DNA from: Eledone cirrhosa
Lineage: Eukaryota
Length of the DNA: 64,000 bases
Direction of reading: 5' to 3'
Assembly: GCA_964016885.1 (NCBI GenBank)
Contig: OZ024757.1
Coordinates: forward strand, 26,226,001 to 26,290,000
Under the pieces are notes generated by a model. That model was not told where the DNA came from and ran no database searches. It saw only the letters and a program-made list of their open reading frames with translations. Positions 57,641-64,000 of this stretch are shown one piece after another (positions within the stretch are counted from its first letter, which is position 1; each line of letters begins with the position of its first letter). The translations under genes and the position numbers were made by a program.

Positions 57641-58185
57641 TGGTTGCCATTAGGAAGGGCATCCAGCTGTAGAAACTAAACCAGAAACAGTTCTGTATGA
57701 ACAAGACACGGTCATGTGATCTGACTTATCTCACAATAGGACCTGTGGTGATATTAAACTGGGGGACAAATTTAATCTACCATTCAGTGGTTTAACCCTT
57801 TTGATACAAACCCACCCAAAACCAGTTCTGGTTATATGAAACAAATTCATCCATTTAAAAAGGTTCCTATTTCACTCTTTGGATACCAACATGGCCAAAA
57901 TTTAGCTCTGGTTCTATAAAATAAAACCATTCATTTTAAAAGGTTTCTATTTATATTAAAGTCTTCCAATATAATTTTATATAAGAACCATATGTTAAGT
58001 TAATATCTTTATTTTAGTAAGGAAATAATTAATAATTTTAGTAAATCCCTCAAAATTCTTCAATAACAGTTATGATATTAACCCAGCTAAAACTGGCTCT
58101 GGGTTCTATCAAACAAAGCCATTTGTTTTAAAGGGTTCTTATTTAACTATTGATATTAACCTGGTCACAACCACTTCTGATCCTA

Positions 58186-58645
58186 TTAACCCTTTAATAT
58201 TCAAACCAGCCAAAACCGGCCAGAATTCTCTACCTTTTTCTGTTGAAACTGGCTGTAACTGGTCACTCAAACTGATGTTAAGGTATTGTTCTCAAAATAA
58301 ATACTTTCAAAATCTCATAGATTCGATATTATGTGAGATAAAGCATTTACCATGAAAATACAATAGTATATATAGAGTAATGTGAATGCTAAAGGGTTAA
58401 GTAAAGCCATCCATTTTAAAGGGTTTCTCTTTAACCCTTTTGCAATTGCATTACTCTATATTTACTATTGTATTTTTGCAGTAAAGGCTTTATCTCACAT
58501 AATATTGAATCTGTGAGATTTTAATATTATTTATTTGAAAACAATACCTTAACATCAGTATGAGTGGCCAGTTACAGCCAGTTTGAACAGAAAGATGTGA
58601 AAGAATTCTGACCGGATATGGCCGATTTAAATGCTAAAGGGTTAA
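58186..58645. mobile_element. Two piggyBac-like MITEs in opposite orientation (58186-58400, 58431-58645)
   Basis: Each is bounded by TTAA-CCCTTT...AAAGGG-TTAA and is ~215 bp. Confidence 0.75.
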
Positions 58646-58789
58646 ATTAAGTTTTCCAACATAATTTGATATAAGAATCATATGCTAAGTTATTATATTA
58701 GTAATGAATTGATTAATTTTTCAATGATTGATTGAAAGACTGTATTTCATTAGAAAAGGTTAAAGTGAATATTTCAAATCTTACAGAAG

Positions 58790-58820
<31 letters not shown>

Positions 58821-59339
58821 CTCTCACTCTCTCTCTCTCAGAGTGAAGAGCAGGCCATGACTTAGTTGTTCAGCAAACAGACAATGATAAAATAAATAAC
58901 AGAGGGAGTATTTGGTGATGGTGATGGTATACAATAGTGGTGATGGTTGTGGTGGTGCTGGTGGTACATTTAAAGAGATGGTAGAGAGATCTTTTGGTAC
59001 ACAGTAGTGGTGCTGGTGATGGTAGAGAGAGAGAGAGGAGGGGGGGTACAGAGTAGTGGTGGTGATGGTGGGGGGGGGGGTAAAATTGGTGGCAGTGGTG
59101 GTAATGGTTGTGGTGTTGGTAGAGAGATTGTTTGGTACAGTGGTGGTGGTGGTGGTGTGGCAGTGGAGGGTTGATCTATTAGTTAATTGGTTAGTTAAGT
59201 TGGTTCTTAGCAGATGATGGTGTGTGTGTTTGTGTGTGTGATTATACGTATGTGTGTTGTTCATGTGCATTTATGTGTGTGTGTGCATGTTTGTATGTGT
59301 GTATGTATGTGTAATTGTGTGTTATCTAGTCTTGAGTAT

Positions 59340-60729
59340 AGAGGTGGTGTTGCTGATGTTGTTGGTGGTGTTGTTGGTGGTGTTGTTGGTGTTGTTGGTG
59401 TTGTTGTTGGTGCTGGTGTTGCTGTTAGTGTTGTTGTTGGTGGTGGTGTTGGTGTTGTTGGTGTTGTTGTTGGTGGTGGTGTTGCTGTTAGTGTTGTTGT
59501 TGGTGGTGATGTTGGTGTTGTTGGTGGTGCTGGTGTTGTTGGTGTGGTTGGTGTTGTTGGTGTTGTTGTTGGTGGTGGTGTTGCTGTTAGTGTTGTTGTT
59601 GGTGGTGGTGCTGGTGTTGTTGGTGTTGCTGGTGTTGTTGGTGCTTTGATGTTGCTGGTGTTGTTGGTGGTGGTGCTGGTGTTGGTGGTGTTGCTGGTGT
59701 TGTTGTTGGTGCTGTGATGTTGCTGGTGTTGTTGTTGGTATTGTTGTTGGTGTTGGTGTTGTTGGTGGTGCTGCTGTTGTTGTTGGTGCTGGTGTTGTTG
59801 TTGGTGCTGGTGTTGTTGTTGGTGTTGTTGGTGGTGCTGCTGTTGTTGTTGGTGCTGCTGTTGTTGTTGGTGCTGGTGTTGTTGTTGGTATTGTTGGTGG
59901 TGGTGCTGTTGTTGGTGGTGGTGGTGCTGGTGTTGTTGTTGGTGCTGTGATGTTGCTGGTGTTGTTGTTGGTATTGTTGTTGGTGCTGTGATGTTGCTGG
60001 TGTTGTTGTTGGTATTGTTGTTGGTGGTGGTGGTGGTGGTGCTGTTGTTGTTGGTGGTGCTGTTGTTGTTGTTGTTGTTGGTGCTGCTGGTGTTGTTGGT
60101 GCTGTGATGTTGCTGGTGTTGTTGTTGGTATTGTTGTTGGTGGTGCTGTTGTTGTTGTTGGTGGTGGTGCTGGTGTTGTTGGTGGTGATATAGTTGGTGT
60201 TGGTAGTAGTGTTGTAGTTGTTGTTGCTGATGGCGGTGGTGGTGGAGATGATGGTAGTGTTGTTGTTATTGTTGTTGCTGATGGTGGAGATGATGGTAGT
60301 GTTGTTGTTATTGTTGTTGCTGATGGTGGAGATGATGGTAGTGTTGTTGTTATTGTTGTTGCTGATGGTGGAGATGATGGTAGTGTTGTTGTTGATGATG
60401 ATGATGGTGGTGCTGATGGTGGAGATGATGGTAGTGTTGTTGTTGATGATGATGATGGTGGAGATGGTGGAGATGATGGTAGTGTTGTTGTTGTTGGCAG
60501 TGTTGTTGTTGATGATGATGATGATGGTGGAGATGATGCTGACAAAGAGATACAGCACATGACTTTCACAGGATGAGGGGTTGGGCAAGAGGTGAGGAGA
60601 GGGGGGGAGGGGTGAAGACTAATGACTGAGGTAATTATTTCAAATAAAAATTGAAATATATACACACATGTGCACACACACACATATATATACACACATA
60701 CACACACATATATATACACACATACACAC

Positions 60730-60795
<66 letters not shown>

Positions 60796-60913
60796 ATACA
60801 TAGGTATGTACATATATATATATATAGATGTGTGCATGTATAACATATTAATATATACTTGTGTATGTATATATTTATATATTTATATATATATATAGGT
60901 GTGTGCAAGTATG

Positions 60914-60945
<32 letters not shown>

Positions 60946-60952
60946 AATATAA

Positions 60953-60985
<33 letters not shown>

Positions 60986-61030
60986 GGTGTGTGCATGTAT
61001 GTAAATATATATATATATATATAAATATAA

Positions 61031-61061
<31 letters not shown>

Positions 61062-62330
61062 GGTGTGTGCATGTATGTAAATATATATATATATGTGTAG
61101 TGTGCACACTTTGTTAATTAAACAATCACTAGTGACTATGTTAATGAAGAAAATTCTAGACATGAGGTGGGAGGGGCAGAGAAAAGATGATAGTGGTGGT
61201 GGTGGTGGTGGTGGTGGTGGTGGTGGTGGTGGTGGTAGTGGTGGTGGTGGTGGTGGTGGTGGTGGTGGTGGTGGTGGTAGTGGTGGTAGTGGTATTAGTA
61301 GAAATGGAAATAGTTGCAGTGATAGTGGTGTTATTGATGATAGTGGTGGTAGTAATGATGTAGTGGTGGTGTGGTGGTAGTGATGGTGTGGTGGTAGTAT
61401 TGATGTAGTGGTGGTGTGGTGGTAGTGATGGTAGTATTGATGTAGTGGTGGTGTGGTGGTAGTGATGGTGTGGTGGTAGTATTGATGTAGTGGTGGTGTG
61501 GTGGTAGTGATGGTGTGGTGGTAGTATTGATGTAGTGGTGGTGTGGTGGTAGTGATGGTGTGGTGGTAGTGATGGTGTGGTGGTAGTGATGGGGTGGTTG
61601 TAGTATTGATGTAGTGGTGGTGTGGTGGTAGTATTGATGTAGTGGTGGTGTGGTGGTAGTGATGGTGTGGTTGTAGTATTGATGTAGTGGTGGTGTGGTG
61701 GTAGTATTGATGTAGTGGTGGTGTGGTGGTAGTGATGGTGTGGTTGTAGTATTGATGTAGTGGTGGTGTAGTGATGGTGTGGTGGTAGTATTGATGTAGT
61801 GGTAGTGATGGTGTGGTGGTAGTATTGATGTAGTGGTGGTAGTGATGGTGTGGTGGTAGTATTGATGTAGTGGTGGTGTGGTGGTAGTGATGGTGTGGTG
61901 GTAGTATTGATGTAGTGGTGGTGTGGAGGTAGTGATGGGGTGGTGGTAGTATTGATGTAGTGGTGGTGTGGTGGTAGTGATGGTGTGGTTGTAGTATTGA
62001 TGTAGTGGTGGTGTGGTGGTAGTGATGGTGTGGTGGTAGTAATGGTGTGGTGGTAGTAATGGGGTGGTGGTAGTGATGGTGTGGTTGTAGCATTGATGGT
62101 ATGGTGGTAGTGGTATGGTTGCAGTAGTGTTATAGTGGTAGTATTGATGGTAGTGGTGGTATGGTTTCAGTACTGGTATGGTGGTAGTATTGATGGTAGT
62201 GATGGTACGGTTAAAGTTTTTTTTTTATTAGTGGTAGTGATGGTGATGGTAGTAATGGTATGGTTGTAGTGGTATGGTTGTAGTGGTGGTATTATTGATA
62301 TTAATGATGGTACAGTTGTAGTGGCGGTAG
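59340..62330. repeat. (GTT/GGT/GTA)-rich low-complexity tracts and (TA)n
   Basis: Direct inspection; accounts for the 923-aa spurious ORF. Confidence 0.9.
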
Positions 62331-62523
62331 TGATGGTGCAATAGTAATTGTAATGGTATTATTAATGGTAATGATGGTATATTGGTAGTGTTCATGTTAT
62401 TGGTAAGTGGGTGCTAATAACGATGGTAGCAATAGTATCATTTCCTTTTAATTTTTACTGTTAATCCAGAAAGGAAGGTCAGATCCAATGACCTCTGCCC
62501 CCTGCCCCCATGACCTTTTATAT

Positions 62524-62785
62524 AATAATAATAATGAAATTATTGTGTACAGTGCTCAGGTGCACTACAATTCATCAAAGGTGTATGTATAGTACATAGA
62601 ATAATGTACAAATGTCAGGAAAGTGAACAGGGTATGAGTCATGATATACACACAGATACATGCATGCATGTGTATGGAGGGGGAATATCAGGTGTAGTGT
62701 TGGAGAATTTCAGGAAGCATGGCGGTTTTGAAGGATGCAGTGTCTCAACAGCTAACAACTGATGTTGGTAGTTTGTTCCATGGAA
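62524..62785 (-). mobile_element. CR1-like LINE 3' end (same family as 18220-18491)
   Basis: Colinear sequence with (ATT)n tail. Confidence 0.75.
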
Positions 62786-64000
62786 GTTTTGAAGGATGCA
62801 GTGTCTCAACAGCTAACAACTGATGTTGGTAGTTTGTTCCATGGAGGTTTTGAAGGATGCAGTGTCTCAACAGCTAACAACTGATGTTGGTAGTTTGTTC
62901 CATGGAAGTTTTGAAGGATGCAGTGTCTCAACAGCTAACAACTGATGTTGGTAGTTTGTTCCATGGAGGTTTTGAAGGATGCAGTGTCTCAACAGCTAAC
63001 AACTGATGTTGGTAGTTTGTTCCATGGAGGTTTTGAAGGATGCAGTGTCTCAACAGCTAACAACTGATGTTGGTAGTTTGTTCCATGGAAGTTTTGAAGG
63101 ATGCAGTGTCTCAACAGCTAACAACTGATGTTGATAGTTTGTTCCATGGAGGTTTTGAAGGATGCAGTGTCTCAACAGCTAACAACTGATGTTGGTAGTT
63201 TGTTCCATGGAAGTTTTGAAGGATGCAGTGTCTCAACAGCTAACAACTGATGTTGGTAGTTTGTTCCATGGAAGTTTTGAAGGATGCAGTGTCTCAACAG
63301 CTAACAACTGATGTTGGTAGTTTGTTCCATGGAGGTTTTGAAGGATGCAGTGTCTCAACAGCTAACAACTGATGTTGGTAGTTTGTTCCATGGAGGTTTT
63401 GAAGGATGCAGTGTCTCAACAGCTAACAACTGATGTTGGTAGTTTGTTCCATGGAGGTTTTGAAGGATGCAGTGTCTCAACAGCTAACAACTGATGTTGG
63501 TAGTTTGTTCCATGGAAGTTTTGAAGGATGCAGTGTCTCAACAGCTAACAACTGATGTTGGTAGTTTGTTCCATGGAGGTTTTGAAGGATGCAGTGTCTC
63601 AACAGCTAACAACTGATGTTGGTAGTTTGTTCCATGGAGGTTTTGAAGGATGCAGTGTCTCAACAGCTAACAACTGATGTTGGTAGTTTGTTCCATGGAG
63701 GTTTTGAAGGATGCAGTGTCTCAACAGCTAACAACTGATGTTGGTAGTTTGTTCCATGGAAGTTTTGAAGGATGCAGTGTCTCAACAGCTAACAACTGAT
63801 GTTGGTAGTTTGTTCCATGGAGGTTTTGAAAGATGCAGTGTCTCAACAGCTAACAACTGATGTTGGTAGTTTGTTCCATGGAAGTTTTGAAGGATGCAGT
63901 GTCTCAACAGCTAACAACTGATGTTGGTAGTTTGTTCCATGGAGGTTTTGAAGGATGCAGTGTCTCAACAGCTAACAACTGATGTTGGTAGTTTGTTCCA
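62724..64000. repeat. 61-bp tandem satellite (>=20 copies, runs off the window) derived from the CR1 ORF end
   Basis: Unit ggttttgaaggatgcagtgtctcaacagctaacaactgatgttggtagtttgttccatgga, nearly invariant. Confidence 0.95.

Noticed and set aside
59322-62093. 923-aa ORF and the many YI/HT/VV-rich ORFs
   Set aside because: Translations of microsatellites.
62724-64000. CRISPR-like regular array (also 12202-12829 and 57107-57640)
   Set aside because: Units are contiguous with no unique spacers, there are no cas genes, and each unit derives from a TE.

Overview
Eukaryotic, AT- and microsatellite-rich DNA. The repeat repertoire (tRNA-derived SINEs, RTE/CR1/Tx1 fragments, huge (TA)n tracts) suggests an octopus/coleoid cephalopod genome; this is an inference. 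The only convincing host coding sequence is a minus-strand terminal exon (4811-5562) encoding a FAM124-like domain. Almost all other listed ORFs are microsatellite artefacts or retroelement debris. The most striking hidden signal is a dense set of type I hammerhead ribozyme motifs (CUGANGA...GAAA...NUH with pairing stems). About ten are well formed and several more are degenerate, spread over many unrelated sequence families. Several occur as back-to-back pairs in long palindromes embedded in (TA)n, and Penelope-like GIY-YIG fragments lie in the same window. Also present: SINEs sharing a 3' tail with a local RTE LINE, Tx1-like elements at (TAGA)n, piggyBac-like MITEs with nested insertions, TE-derived tandem arrays, and two consensus RFX X-boxes. 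All folds and translations were done by eye; nothing was database-searched.
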